A stretch of DNA of 63,961 bases, filler included, from Thraustochytrium aureum (GCA_012862495.1; 7 parts of 4 records of this genome joined end to end with filler, not necessarily neighbours in it), one strand, 5' to 3'; positions 47,126 through 59,964 are shown, counted from the whole stretch's first letter. Notes: a model not told the origin generated them from the sequence alone. Numbers and translations are program-made.

Positions 47126-48884
47126 ATGCAAAAGCCGCAGGAGAATGCGGAGTTTGTGTGGGATGAGCTGGATTTGCTGCTGGACGAGAAGGGCCCGATG
47201 ATCGGGCGATGGGGACTCGAGTATGCAGCAGCGGGGCATGACGCAGCAGCAGGCCGCGGCGATGTGGCAGCAGCAGCAACAACAGCAGGGCATGATGATG
47301 GCCCATACGCAACCTGGGATCCCTCCGGGCATGGCAATGCACCCGGGCATGATGGGCGCTGGCGCTCCACCCCCCGGAGGGTTCGCCTACGCCGGGTCGA
47401 CGGCTGCCGCCACTGTGGCGGCCGCCGCTGCTGCTCGCGCCGCAGGACAGTCCCACCGAGCCGGGCCAGTTCAAGAAGCCAAGGACGGCGAAAAGGGATC
47501 CAAAGGCAACGGCCGCCGCACCAAGGTCTCCGCAGCCAAGTCGACCGGGAGCGCCGCCGAGAGCTTGGGTTCTGGCGACAACGAGGACAGGGAGGCCAAG
47601 CGGCGCGCCGCTGTAGCTGCTGCCAGCAGGGCAACGCGGGCCAAACGAAAGCGCGAGCTGGAGGAGCTCAAGGAGAAGAACGTGCGCCTCGAAAAGGAGC
47701 GCGAAACGTTCCTCAACACAATCGCCGACCTGCAAATGAAAGTGCAGGCCCTCCGCGAGACGGGGTCCATCGACTTGCGGATGGAGAACGACCTGCTCCG
47801 CGCCGAGCTGATGGAGCACAAGAACTTCATCTCGCGGTTCAAGCGCATCGCAGACGGCATGCCCACAACCAACAGCGCGAAAAAGCTCATGTGCAAGCAA
47901 GGCTCGGACACGGCAATTGCGCAGGTCCTCGGCCTCTTGTCGACGAGCATGGCAGACCCGTCCTGGAAAGTGGGCCACATTAAGGAACACCCAGAAATCG
48001 ACATGCGCTACCAGCGGCTCCCACACGGGGTCCTGGCCGAGAACGCCAAGCGGTGCAGCGTGCGGGTCGACATCCCCGTGATCCCCTGCAAGGACCCCAT
48101 CATGCTCGCCAGCATCATTTGGAAGACCTGGTGCGACGAAGACCTCAACAAACGCATCAGCAAGCACTTTGGTGCTGTGGCAGTCTCGGTGCGTGAAATC
48201 GAAACCGGGGTCGAAGAAACCGGACCCTACAGCGACGACGACCCGGCGTCGCTCAAAAACAAAGTCAAGGTGTATTACTACCGCGAGGAGACGCCGCGCA
48301 GCGACCTGGACGCCGTCGTGAGCGGGCGCGCCACGGAGAACGACGTCGTCGACACCGTGCTGCTCTTGAGCTCGAGGGAGAAGAATATTTCGCGCTCCTC
48401 GTTCCCACAGGATGAGCGCTTTCACCGGTTCCCCCCGCGTGTCTTTACGGCCCCGGGCGACATCAAGGTCCAAGAGCCCTTCACGCTAGAGCAGCAGCAA
48501 GGCCTGCACGCCCAGAAGAACTTTGAGGCCATTGTGCTCGCCTCCACGTCGACCCAGCACAGTCTTGGGCTCGTGCCGGTCAAGCCTGGCGTGCACCGCA
48601 TCCGCTCTGCGCTGCTCGAGGGCAGCGTGTTTCGGAAGGTAGAGGGCGGGGTGGCCATGTCGAGTGTGTTCTCTTACCCGAGCTCGTTCAACGAGATCAA
48701 GGGCAAGAACAAGCACGACGTTCTCGTCACCAACGAGGGGTACCTCAACGATACATGGACCAAGGTGGTCTCTGAGGTGTACGCCATCATGCGCGAAAAC
48801 ATGCCTGCGTACGTTTTCGACGAGTACCGCAAGCTTCGCGATCTGGGGGCGCCGCTGCCAAAGGATGTGTTGGATTACCTCTAG
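47126..48884 (+). CDS. bZIP transcription factor (Val at the usual Asn position) with a C-terminal START-like domain
   Basis: Q/M/P-rich N-terminus; KRRAAVAAASRATRAKRKRELEELKEKNVRLEKERETFLNTIADL; C-terminal WKVGH...VRVDIP...IVLASTS...VPVKPGVHRIRS. Likely start MQKPQ at 47126 with a frameshift about 47205; otherwise ATG at 47223. Confidence 0.78.
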
Positions 48885-49584
48885 GAGACGGAGGAGTTCC
48901 CACGCCGCGTCCTGTCTCTCCCTAGGTTTCACCCCTGCTGCTAGATCTGCGTGCTTGGGTCGGGCCTCTGGTCCCGGGCGAGCTTTCGGGGCAGGGGCTC
49001 GTGGTCGATTCCTTGCGTTGGGACGGGCGAAACGGAGAGGTTGCCCGAACCTGCACTGCCTGCGAACCTTGGGCTGCCAATTGAAATTGCAACCCATAAA
49101 GATCTTGCCCTTCAATTTGCGTCCATCCTTCACCTCTCGTCGGAACGCGACAGTGTTGCCCTGCGTGCTGACTCGGGTCAAGCAATGCAGCGGACCACAA
49201 CCGCTTCTTCACACAGGTGTCGGTGGTTCCAAGTTGGTGCCATCGTTTTACTCGCGCGTTTGTTTGCATCCGGCGAAGAACCAAGGACCAGCGGGTCCGA
49301 CATGCTTTCTCTTGATCAAGACCAAACCCATAGAACGGCGTGACGAAAAGGCTCGTGCTCTCGCAACGCTTTCTCTTCCGATACTGGCTCAGAAGTGGNN
49401 NNNNNNNNNNNNNNNNNNNNNNNNNNNNNNNNNNNNNNNNNNNNNNNNNNNNNNNNNNNNNNNNNNNNNNNNNNNNNNNNNNNNNNNNNNNNNNNNNNNN
49501 NNNNNNNNNNNNNNNNNNNNNNNNNNNNNNNNNNNNNNNNNNNNNNNNNNNNNNNNNNNNNNNNNNNNNNNNNNNNNNNNNNAG

Positions 49585-50783
49585 CTAGTAGAGAGTTTGC
49601 CTTATTAGTTGGGGGTCCTTCTCGTCCGGGTGGCTCGCGAAGCGTCGCTCCGCCAGCGTCGCTGACGGGTTGGCAAAGCGCGGAAAGTTGCGCTCGCGCA
49701 TCTGCTCGAGCTCTTGCTTGAGAAACGCAATCTCGTCGCTCTGCGCGCGCGCGAGGTCCATTAGCTTGCGCCGCGTGACAATGCTCTTCATTTTCGCTTT
49801 CGCCGCAGCAGCGCCAGAACCGGTGGCGCCGAGCTTGGCCTTTCGGGATTTGCTCTCAGCCACCATTTTCGCGCTAGGAGTGGCAAGGAGCGAGCTGCCT
49901 CCACGGGCTTGCAGGACGTTGTCGCGCATCTCAACCGAGCTCCGCAGCTCGCGAATGCGGGCCTGGAGAACTTGGTTTTCATCTTCGAGCTGCTCGCGCT
50001 TCTCGGTGATCCGACCCAACGAGGACTCCACCTTGGCCATCTTGGCCTGGTGAATCTTGCTCATCTTTTGAATTTTCGACTCGGCTTGCTGGGTCTGCTC
50101 CTGGCCGTCGCCAACTTCGCCACCCTTGATGACCTCTTGCAGGCCACGCGTGACGCGCAGCATATGCAGGTCGGTATAGTGCTCTTCCAGGTCGTGCTCC
50201 TGCTGCAGCATAAACCTGTGCTCCCACTGCATAAAGTTGATGCTCTTCCGAAAGTCCTTCATCTTGTTCATGACCGCCACCTTGGCCGCCCCGAGGGCGC
50301 GAATCTCCTTGTTTTCGCGATCGACCACCGCGCGGCTCAAGAGCAAGCTGGAGCTATAGTCGGTGATCACCGCTCCGGGTCTGACCTCGTCCTGGCCTTG
50401 CTTGACACGCACGACGAGCTCGACGTTTTGCGGGTCGATGTTCTTCGCGCGCTCGAGCGCCGCCGCCTCGGCGCGCAGCCTCTCAAGCTCGGCGTTTATT
50501 GATTTTCGGCGCGCGTCAAGCTCGTCGAACTGCGCTTGCAGATGTGCGACGCCGTCCATCTCCTCGCGCATCTCGAGCTCAAGTTGGATCTTCTCTGCGC
50601 GGAGCTTTTGCAAGTAGTTCCAAAGCCCTTGCTCGATAGTGAAGCCCTCAGGCAAGTCGGTCTCTCGGTCAAGCGGGAGGAGCGCCAAGGCGCGCTCTTT
50701 CGCGCGCCGAACCTCGGGCTCGTCCTTGTCGATGAACGCAAACGGGTCCACGAGGCCGGGGTCGCGTGGGCGGCGCCCGCAGC

Positions 50784-50814
<31 letters not shown>

Positions 50815-53305
50815 GCAGCGTTGCTCTGCTCGGCTTGAGCTGCTGCAGTAGTGGCTCCGNNNNNNNNNNNNNNNNNNNNNNNNNNNNNNNNNNNNNNNNN
50901 NNNTTAATTAATTAANNNNNNNNNNNNNNNNNNNNNNNNNNNNNNNNNNNNNNNNNNNNTGCGGCGGCGGCTGCAGCTGCCGCAGCTGCCTCGTGATCCA
51001 CGACCGGCCCGAGAAGGCCGACGTTGACGATCCAGTTCGCGTCAGGTGGGATTACTGTCACAGCGCGTTTCGACTCCCAGGCACGGCTGTTGGCGGACTG
51101 GCCCTTCGCGTTGCGCATCTCGTGGAGCTCTACGGTACGGAGCTGCTTGACCCTCTTGAGCCGCTGCTTGTCGAGCTTGCTTTGCTTGGGGATTGCAAAG
51201 TTGCGCACGACAAGCTCCTTGTCGAGGCCGCAGATCTGCTTGGAGTGAACCTCCATCGAATCCCAACACTCGCGTTTGATGCGGCCAAAGACAAGTTCGC
51301 GGCCCTTGATCTCGCGCTCGATCTTGCTGCGCAGCTGCTCGGCGGCCTTTTCATTTTCAATGCAGATCGCGCTCTTGCCCTGGACGTCCAGCACAAACTC
51401 AGTGCGCTCCAAAACTTCAAGCGCCGGGGCCGCCTCGTTATTTTCGAGAAGGTGGAGGAGGCGCTGCTGCAGCTCTGCGACGTGGACGCGGCGATCCTCC
51501 TTCTTGCGGTCGAACTCGTGGTCAAGCAGGGCCTGCGCGCGGCGGCGCCACTTTTCACTCTCCGTCGGGTAGGCTTCGATATCGGTGGGTGCACTCGTCT
51601 CTGCGGCAGTGGCGCTCGCCGAAGCAGATTTCACCGCGCGACCGCTTGGGTGGGCTCCCCCTAATCGCAAGACCTGTCGCGACTTTTTCACGTTTCTGAT
51701 GACCGCTTTGTGGTCGAGACCTCGGGCAGCGGCCGCCCCCGGCGCAGAGCGCGCCTGGTAGCTTCTGGGCACGGAGAGGAAGGTCAACGCCCCATCGAAG
51801 TGCGCGGCCGCAAGAACCTCGCTGTCAGATGTTAGGCAAAGACCTGATACGAGACTTGCCGCGCCACTCCACACGAGCGAGCCCGCTTCAATGTCGCTAA
51901 CGTTTGCGGCGTCGCGCCAGAGCGAGAGCGCACCATCCGCAGAGCCGACAGCAAAGAGCGACGTGTTTTCAAGCCCCGCCACAGACCACGCACCGGCTTG
52001 GTGAGCGGAACATGCGAGGGCGGCCTCCCTTTTGAAGACGGGGCCCACGAAAACGTCGATTGTCTCTGGGCGGCTCGAGGAGGCCGCGCGAGTTTTCCAG
52101 ACTCGAGGGCGACCATGCCGCCAATCGCCCTGCCGTCAAACTGATCGAGTGTTCCGGACGGGTCCGCGACGAGTCGGATCGTGGGAGGCGAGGCCGATCG
52201 CGTCAGCGATCGGGGCAGTTGAAAGGCGCAAGACGCGGGCCGAGGTTGCGCCGGGCTCCGAAGAGCTGTTGGAATCGATGCTTGCAACGAGCAGCGAGCC
52301 GTCGAAGGGGTCCCAGGCGAGGCTCAGCGCTCGCCGTTCGCCGAGCTCGACGACAGCGGCGAGCGTCAGCGCGGAACCGTCCACAGGGACGCGGAAGAGA
52401 CTGACGACGTCGTCCACGGTCGAGGCCGACGCGAGGAACGCGCCTGATGGATCGAACTTTAACATCGTGAGAGGGCCGCGCTGCGCCATAACAGTGTGAC
52501 CGAGCGTGGTCTCGATGGCGGACCCTTGCGCGCTGCTCATGGCGCCAGGCTTGACGTGGAGAACCGTTTTGATCAGGCCAGAGTGTGTCCCGATGGCCAC
52601 GAACGGGTTTGCCGGGGACGATGCGATAGCAGTGACGTGTTCTGGGACAGCGGCGGCGAGCTCGCCGTCCTCATCGAGCGGCGAGCTTGCGGCGCGTGCT
52701 GCCGCGCCTGTGGTTTCATCCGAGGGCCCGGACAGCGCGTCGTTGGCAAATATGGTGTGCACGTGGATGGGTAGCGACGGCCCTTTTGCTGAGTTTGCGT
52801 CGTAGACCCGGTAGGTGCCGTCTGCCCCCGCGCTCGCAACGAGCGCGGTCGAGCCTTCCACCGAGTAGATCGGTGCGACGCTGTGCACGGGCCCAACGTG
52901 CGCGTCAGCGATCAGGAGAACGGACGCGCCTGGGCCGCTTTGTCGAGCCGTGCTGCACAGAGCTTGCTTGCCGTCCTCAAGGGTCGCTAGGCAGCGCTCG
53001 AACGAGCCAGAAAGAGCGAGCGCAATAACGGCCTGGTCGCTTCCCAGCGGCGTCGAGGCAAGCTCGCTCAACGAGGAGTCGTTGAGCCACCGGAGGGCAC
53101 CGGCCGTTGTGCCCACCAGCACGGCGTCCCGGACGACCGCGACGGAGCGGGCCCCGCAGCGAAGCAAAACCTTGAGCAGCTTGCCGGAGTGGGGATCCAC
53201 CTTGATCAGGCTCGAATCGGTGCTCACAGCGACGACGTGGCCCTCGCGCGTCCAGGCGTGGCCGTGGTAGGAAACAGCCCCAAGTTCCTGGTCAAGGTCC
53301 TCTTG
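49585..53305 (-). CDS. CFAP43: Cilia- and flagella-associated protein 43 (WD40 plus coiled coil); fragmented by gaps, a linker and frameshifts
   Basis: WD40-like repeats 53300-51700; IKRECWDSMEV; C-terminal NVELVVRVKQGQDEV..DYSSSLL...KDFRKSINFMQWEH...TRRKLMDLARAQSDEIAFLKQELEQMRERNFP. Confidence 0.82.
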
Positions 53306-54793
53306 NNNNNNNNNNNNNNNNNNNNNNNNNNNNNNNNNNNNNNNNNNNNNNNNNNNNNNNNNNNNNNNNNNNNNNNNNNNNNNNNNNNNNNNNNNNNNNN
53401 NNNNNNNNNNNNNNNNNNNNNNNNNNNNNNNNNNNNNNNNNNNNNNNNNNNNNNNNNNNNNNNNNNNNNNNNNNNNNNNNNNNNNNNNNNNNNNNNNNNN
53501 NNNNNNNNNNNNNNNNNNNNNNNNNNNNNNNNNNNNNNNNNNNNNNNNNNNNNNNNNNNNNNNNNNNNNNNNNNNNNNNNNNNNNNNNNNNNNNNNNNNN
53601 NNNNNNNNNNNNNNNNNNNNNNNNNNNNNNNNNNNNNNNNNNNNNNNNNNNNNNNNNNNNNNNNNNNNNNNNNNNNNNNNNNNNNNNNNNNNNNNNNNNN
53701 NNNNNNNNNNNNNNNNNNNNNNNNNNNNNNNNNNNNNNNNNNNNNNNNNNNNNNNNNNNNNNNNNNNNNNNNNNNNNNNNNNNNNNNNNNNNNNNNNNNN
53801 NNNNNNNNNNNNNNNNNNNNNNNNNNNNNNNNNNNNNNNNNNNNNNNNNNNNNNNNNNNNNNNNNNNNNNNNNNNNNNNNNNNNNNNNNNNNNNNNNNNN
53901 NNNNNNNNNNNNNNNNNNNNNNNNNNNNNNNNNNNNNNNNNNNNNNNNNNNNNNNNNNNNNNNNNNNNNNNNNNNNNNNNNNNNNNNNNNNNNNNNNNNN
54001 NNNNNNNNNNNNNNNNNNNNNNNNNNNNNNNNNNNNNNNNNNNNNNNNNNNNNNNNNNNNNNTTAAATAGTTCTAAAATAGCGGGTTCAATAGTATAGCG
54101 GGTTATCCCGCTGTTTGAGGCGTTCCCTATTATAGAGGGTTCGTCCGCACTCGTGCTTCGTTTTGTTCTTTAGTGGACTGAAGGACATCTGGTCGCCTGG
54201 CAGCGTTTTGGTTTTGCGTGGCTCGACTCGGAGAATCCTTGCAGAATCAATCAGCTCACGCAGGCCAGTGGCCCGGACAGACAGGCGCCTCCGTTGGAGG
54301 AGGCGGATCGTGCACACACTTTGTGGAGTGTGTTGAACCCGTCCGTGAGTCATCAGGCTGCCAACAACGAGGGCCAACTGGTGCCCTCTCGCCTACTTGT
54401 CGTGCTTGCTGCGCAGCCTCCGTACTACTATAGGTAGAGTAGGTACTAGCTAGTAGCAAGGAGGATCCGATCCTCCTGGTATTTCGGAGGTTGGGGCTGT
54501 CACGGTGCAATACTTCTGCCTTGCTTCTGCCAGCACTCGCTGCGCAGCCTCCATGCTGCTGTGCTCCTTTTAGCGTGCAAATAAGAAACTCCGACAGTGC
54601 AAGTGCACACCCTTGCGAAAACTGTGCAAGTCCGTCGCCCTCTCGCTGCCAACTTGATTCTGGGAGCCGACAGAAACGCAGTCCGGAGCTCGGTGGCCCA
54701 GCAGACACCGAACACAGGCTAGCAAGAAGCAGACAGCAAAAGCAGCAGAAGCACGCCAAGCACGCCGAGCACGCCAAAGCACGAACCAGAAGA

Positions 54794-55210
54794 ATGAAGG
54801 TCACCGCCGTCACCGCCGCCGTGGGCATGTTCGTTGTCGCTGCGAACGGGTTTGACTTTGCCCAGCTCACGTGCTCCAGGGAAAGCTGCCTCGAGGAGTA
54901 CATCGCGTGCACAAGCGCCACCACCTGCAATGCAACCGTGAATGACCTCTTCACTGCGTTCGACGAGGGCAATCTCGGCGGCCTTGGAGTGCCCGCGACT
55001 ATCCTCCTTGCTGACCCGGTTGGCAAACCGCTGCTCGAGTGTGTCGTTTGCGAGTGCAAGTCTGACATCGAGAGTTTCGAGCTGGACGCTACAGCCATGG
55101 CCGCGGTTGAGAGTTTGGTTCCCTGCCCCAAGCCGCCTACGCCGAGCTCGGCGTCTGCTCTCGGCGCGTCGCTCCTCAGCCTTGTCGCGGCGGCCGCTTT
55201 CAACCTGTAG
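54794..55210 (+). CDS. Small secreted 8-Cys protein, probably GPI-anchored (138 aa)
   Basis: Signal peptide MKVTAVTAAVGMFVVAANG; 8 Cys; Pro/Ser hinge then hydrophobic C-terminus SSASALGASLLSLVAAAAFNL. Confidence 0.7.
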   Translation: MKVTAVTAAVGMFVVAANGFDFAQLTCSRESCLEEYIACTSATTCNATVNDLFTAFDEGNLGGLGVPATILLADPVGKPLLECVVCECKSDIESFELDATAMAAVESLVPCPKPPTPSSASALGASLLSLVAAAAFNL

Positions 55211-56107
55211 GTCGTCTAGCGTGCAGGTGTAAGTAGCTGCGTGATTCACCCCACCGTGGCTCGCCCCTAGTACCGAAAAGTAAAGTTTTTCAAAATGCGA
55301 GACTGTACTACAGACGATGACATCAACGACGAGGACATCTCGGCCGGCCTCGGCAGCAGTCCGCACATGCACAGAGAGAGGTCAGGGACCAACTTGCTTT
55401 CCCTCCCGCCGTGGCCTGTCAACCCCAAACGCGAGGGGCAAAAGCAAACGCCATGTCTGAACAGTCCAGACGAGGCTCGTAGAAGCGGGGCCACAGTCGA
55501 GAGTGTCAGAGATGTCGTTGGCGCATCAACAGACACGATCACAAGAACGAGGCTCTCGTTGTTGGGCCCAAGCACTTCCCGCCGAAGGAGACGGTGGAGG
55601 GCCGACGCATCTTGCTGGCCCCACCAGGGCACAAGGCCTTGTTGTAGGGCGACGCGTAGGCTGGGATGATGTGCTTCTGCTCAGGTGTGGGGCTCGCTCA
55701 GCAACTGCTGCAAGCTGTCTGTGAATGCCTGGGAACGGCAGCACATCGTGAACACTGGAGGAGGAGGAGGAGGAGAGCTCGCACGAACCCCGCAGCATCT
55801 GGATGGAGCAATGCGGAACTGATGGAATTCCCATTGGAGAAGGAGGGTCAATTTGCCACCCTCTGCGAATCAAGCACAAGCTCGAAACCGAGCTGCTTGC
55901 TTGCTGCTCACTCTCTCGCCGAGAGAGCGCTACTCCTCAAGCTCGCAGCTTCTCGCTGAGACGGGCCGGGCCAGGTCTTCCTTCTCCAGTCCCTGAATGC
56001 GCACAAGCAGCGACTGACGCAAGAAGCTCTGCTGCTCAGCGCACTCGCCCGTGCGCCCTCTCTCAAGGCGCAGTCAGGGCAGTCGCCTCACGCGCAGGAC
56101 CTCAAGG

Positions 56108-56156
56108 CGGGCAGGCAGGCGGGCGGGCAGGCAGGCAGGCAGGCAGGCAGGCAGAC
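56108..56156. repeat. (GGCA)n microsatellite at a gap edge
   Basis: Direct reading. Confidence 0.8.
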
Positions 56157-56721
56157 NNNNNNNNNNNNNNNNNNNNNNNNNNNNNNNNNNNNNNNNNNNN
56201 NNNNNNNNNNNNNNNNNNNNNNNNNNNNNNNNNNNNNNNNNNNNNNNNNNNNNNNNNNNNNNNNNNNNNNNNNNNNNNNNNNNNNNNNNNNNNNNNNNNN
56301 NNNNNNNNNNNNNNNNNNNNNNNNNNNNNNNNNNNNNNNNNNNNNNNNNNNNNNNNNNNNNNNNNNNNNNNNNNNNNNNNNNNNNNNNNNNNNNNNNNNN
56401 NNNNNNNNNNNNNNNNNNNNNNNNNNNNNNNNNNNNNNNNNNNNNNNNNNNNNNNNNNNNNNNNNNNNNNNNNNNNNNNNNNNNNNNNNNNNNNNNNNNN
56501 NNNNNNNNNNNNNNNNNNNNNNNNNNNNNNNNNNNNNNNNNNNNNNNNNNNNNNNNNNNNNNNNNNNNNNNNNNNNNNNNNNNNNNNNNNNNNNNNNNNN
56601 NNNNNNNNNNNNNNNNNNNNNNNNNNNNNNNNNNNNNNNNNNNNNNNNNNNNNNNNNNNNNNNNNNNNNNNNNNNNNNNNNNNNNNNNNNNNNNNNNNNN
56701 NNNNNNNNNNNNNNNNNNNNN

Positions 56722-58258
56722 TTTCAAGGTCACCGAGGCGCTTCGCGCAGCAAAGCCGGAGGCGCCCACCTTGGTCTCCATTCTTCTCAACACAACAGTG
56801 CGGTCCTCCGCAGACGGCCAACCCTTGGGGGGCTACGTGCTCGGTCACGACCTTTCAGAGGTCCTGCACGCGAAGGCCAAAGTGATCCAGGAAGCTTCCA
56901 AGGCCAAGGCGGAGCAAGCGCTCAACGAGTACGTCGCGCACGAGATCCGCAACCCCATTTTCGCTGCGTCATCAGCCGCAGAGTTTCTACAGGACCGTAT
57001 CGCTGACCTCGGAGAGCCTCACAAGGCGCTTGGCGCCGGAGAGATTGAGGAGATGAGGCACGACGTCAAGGTCGTGCGTTCCAGCCTAAACTTTACGTGC
57101 GAGCTTCTCACGAGCCTGCTAGACTTGAACCGCTTCCTCGAGGGCTCCCTCAAGGCGTCGACGCAGACCGTCTGCCTCCGTGACGACGTTCTGCTTCCTG
57201 TGGCCGGTATGCTCGAGCAGCGCGTTTCGCAAGGGGTGGTTGTTAGCGTAGAGTGCCCGGAATCGCTCATTGTCCACGCCGATGCGACTCGGCTCAAGCA
57301 AGTCTTCATCAACATCGTCGGCAACGCGGTCAAGTTTACGCACAAGGGCTGGATCAAAGTCATTGCAAGCAAGCTCGACGGAGGCGTCCGCCTTGTGGTC
57401 GAGGACAGCGGGCCGGGGATCCCCGCGGAGAAGATTGGCGACCTGTTTCAGCGCTTCTCCCAAGTTGCTGGGCACGACCAGGGAAGCGGCATCGGACTTT
57501 ATCTTTCTCGCCTCGTCGTAGCGCGCATGGGAGGGACCATCTTCATCGACCCCTTGTACAAGTCTGGCGTCAGTGGGTTTCCGGGATCGAGGTTTGTCAT
57601 CGACCTGCCTCTCACTGAAGGCGACGCCTTGACGGCGACCACGGCGCGGCCGCCCCCGCAACCAGGATCGGCACAACTCGGGTGTCACGACGACCAGACT
57701 GTCACCCGAAAGCGCTTGCACCCGCTGGCCGGCCCTTCCAGTGCTGGCGCCGGGATCTCGCAAGCCTGCAACGCCAGTTCAACGCACGGCGGGGAGCTGG
57801 TTCCGGCGACTCTGCTCGCACTTGACGAGGACATTACGTTGCTCCATAGGACCCCAACCAGCGTTCTCATTGTGGACGACGACCCAACTATCCGCATGGT
57901 GCTCTCGAGGCGGCTCATTAAGCTGTTCCCCTCGTGGGCGATCAGTGATGCGATCTCCGGTGAAGAGGCTCTGGAAAAGGTGAAATCGACCAGGTTTGAC
58001 CTCATCCTCATCGACGAGTACATGCCCCAGTCCGGCGGCAAGCTACTTGGTACCGAGACGATCAAGCGGATGCGTGAAGAAGGCGTCAGCTCCTGCATCA
58101 TCGGAGTCTCTGGCAACGACCTCACGGAGCGCCACCGCGAGGTCGGCGCCTCCCACTCGTGGCAAAAGCCCGTCCCCTCGAACGCGGTCATCATCCAGGA
58201 CCTCGCCAGCCTGCTCGGGAGCTGCCGCCGCAGCTCCAAGCAGTCGCGTACGGCTTGA
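56722..58258 (+). CDS. Hybrid sensor histidine kinase (HisKA-HATPase-REC); N-terminus in a gap
   Basis: H-box AHEIRNPI, N-box QVFINIVGNAVKFT, G1 EDSGPGI, G2 GSGIGL, receiver VLIVDDD...ILIDEYMP...WQKP. Confidence 0.92.
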
Positions 58259-58510
58259 GCGCGCGCTACTCCAAGTACCACCAACTGCGAGGCAAGCCCT
58301 CGGCGTCTGTGCTCTACTACACTACTACATACATTACACCCAAAACCTCTGATGAGCAAGGTAGAGGTGCTCTGCGCCAGCGCAAACAACCAACGCAGTA
58401 CGGCGCTCTCGGGTCGCAGTTCTTGCACAGAGTGCGCGGCCTTGCCCACGGCGTCTGCGAGCGTCTCGAGCATGGCATGAGCAGCATTCGGGAGCAGGCC
58501 TACTCTTGGG

Positions 58511-59964
58511 TTGAGTACTCACGTGGCACGATTACTCGTCCCCAAGACTCGCTCGAAGCCGTGCCAGGAGCAGAGCCTCAAGCCCACTCCCGCACCCCAG
58601 GCAGCTTTGCTCTGCCAGCTCCTCGGCGGCGCTGCGGGCAGGGCTCAGGGGGTCCCGGCTCGCCAAGCCCGGCTGCGCCGAGGGGGAAAAGGGGTCTGTC
58701 GGTCGGTGGGAATGGCGCTTGCAACGCTCGCGGAGCTGGTCAAGCTCTCGAGGAGCCAGCGGGCCCGAGCCAACCTGGTCCGGAGCGTGGCGCAAGGGTT
58801 TGGTCTGCGAGACAAGCTTGGGAGCGAGGTGGGGAAGAATGCACGCCACGCAAAAGTGACTGGGCCGCTGCAGACGAGGCTCGGCGCTGGCCCGCTCAAC
58901 CCAGACCCGGTGCAGCTCCAAGTTGCCCAGGCTATGGATGACCTGGTGGGCGGTCGTCTATATACGGTCTGGCCATTTCGCAAAGCGCGCGGGCTCTACG
59001 TGCACGCAAGCGTGGGGACGGGGAAGACCATGCTGCTCGACAACCTTGCAGCTGAGCTTCAGTCCCGGGGCGGCCGCGGTGCGCTACGGCTCCACTTTAA
59101 CGACTTTATGCTTCTCGTTCACGAACGGCTTCGCCTTGTCTCGCTGCCACACGTCGCGCACGAGCTCGCCGACGCCCACGGCGTACTCTGCTTTGATGAG
59201 TTTCAAGTTACCGACGTCGCGGACGCAGTATTGCTGCACGAGCTTTTCAACACCCTCTTCGAACGCGGCACACTCGTGGTGGCGACCTCCAACAGGGCCC
59301 CGAAAGACCTGTACGAGAATGGGCTCAACCGCAAGGCACTCTTTGAGCCGTTTCAGCGCCTCCTCGAGTTCGAGACAGTCGTCGTGAACATGAACGCTCT
59401 CTACCCGGAAGGCGGCGTTCCCGAGTTACCGGCAGCGTGTGGCAGAGGCGAGCGGGCTTCGCCGAGACGCTTTCCTCCCAGCCTCTGACCGAAGAAGCGT
59501 GGACGCGCTGTTCGCGCGACTCGCTGGCGCTGCCGGGCAACCCACCTCCATCTCGGTCCCCTTTGGCCGGCAGCTCATCGTTCCCGAATGCTGGCAGCGC
59601 GTGGCGCGCTTCTCTTTTGCAAATCTTTGCGAGGCGAGTGTGGGAGCGGTCGACTTTATCGCGCTCGCGGCTGCCTTGGACGTCGTCATCCTGGAACGTG
59701 TACCTTTGCTCTCTGAAAAGTTTGACTGGCATAACGCGACGGTTCATAACTTTGGTTGACATCCTCTACGACCGCCACGTCAAGCTCGTGCTCACGTCAG
59801 ACCATTCTCTTGACGAGATTTTTGCTCAGGTGGCGTCGCATCGTGCTCCGGCCCTTGGCGAGGTTTTCGTGCAGGACAAGGGAGGCAGCTCGGGCCGCTT
59901 GACCACTATGCTCGCCCCGGACGTCGAATGGAGCGCCACTGGGCGTATGGGCGCGTCGCTCGCT
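58511..59964 (+). CDS. AFG1/LACE1 (ZapE-like) ATPase; frameshifted, start uncertain, 3' end at a linker
   Basis: RGLYVHASVGTGKTMLLD, RLHFNDFM, LCFDEFQVTDVADA, VATSNRAPKDLYENGLNR, FSFANLCEASVGAVDF, RRFITLVDILYD. Confidence 0.9.

Noticed and set aside
46491..48473. 660-aa antisense ORF over the bZIP gene, and similar antisense ORFs over other genes
   Set aside because: Shadow ORFs caused by high GC at third codon positions.
56722..58258. Bacterial contamination suggested by the histidine kinase, GT25 and invasin-like repeats
   Set aside because: Hybrid kinases and GT25 enzymes are common in protists, composition matches the flanks, and neighbours are clearly eukaryotic. Ancient gene transfer is not excluded.
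58990..59030. Inactivated Walker A in AFG1 (ASVGTGKT)
   Set aside because: Still fits [AG]-x4-GK[ST], and Walker B (FDEFQ) is intact.
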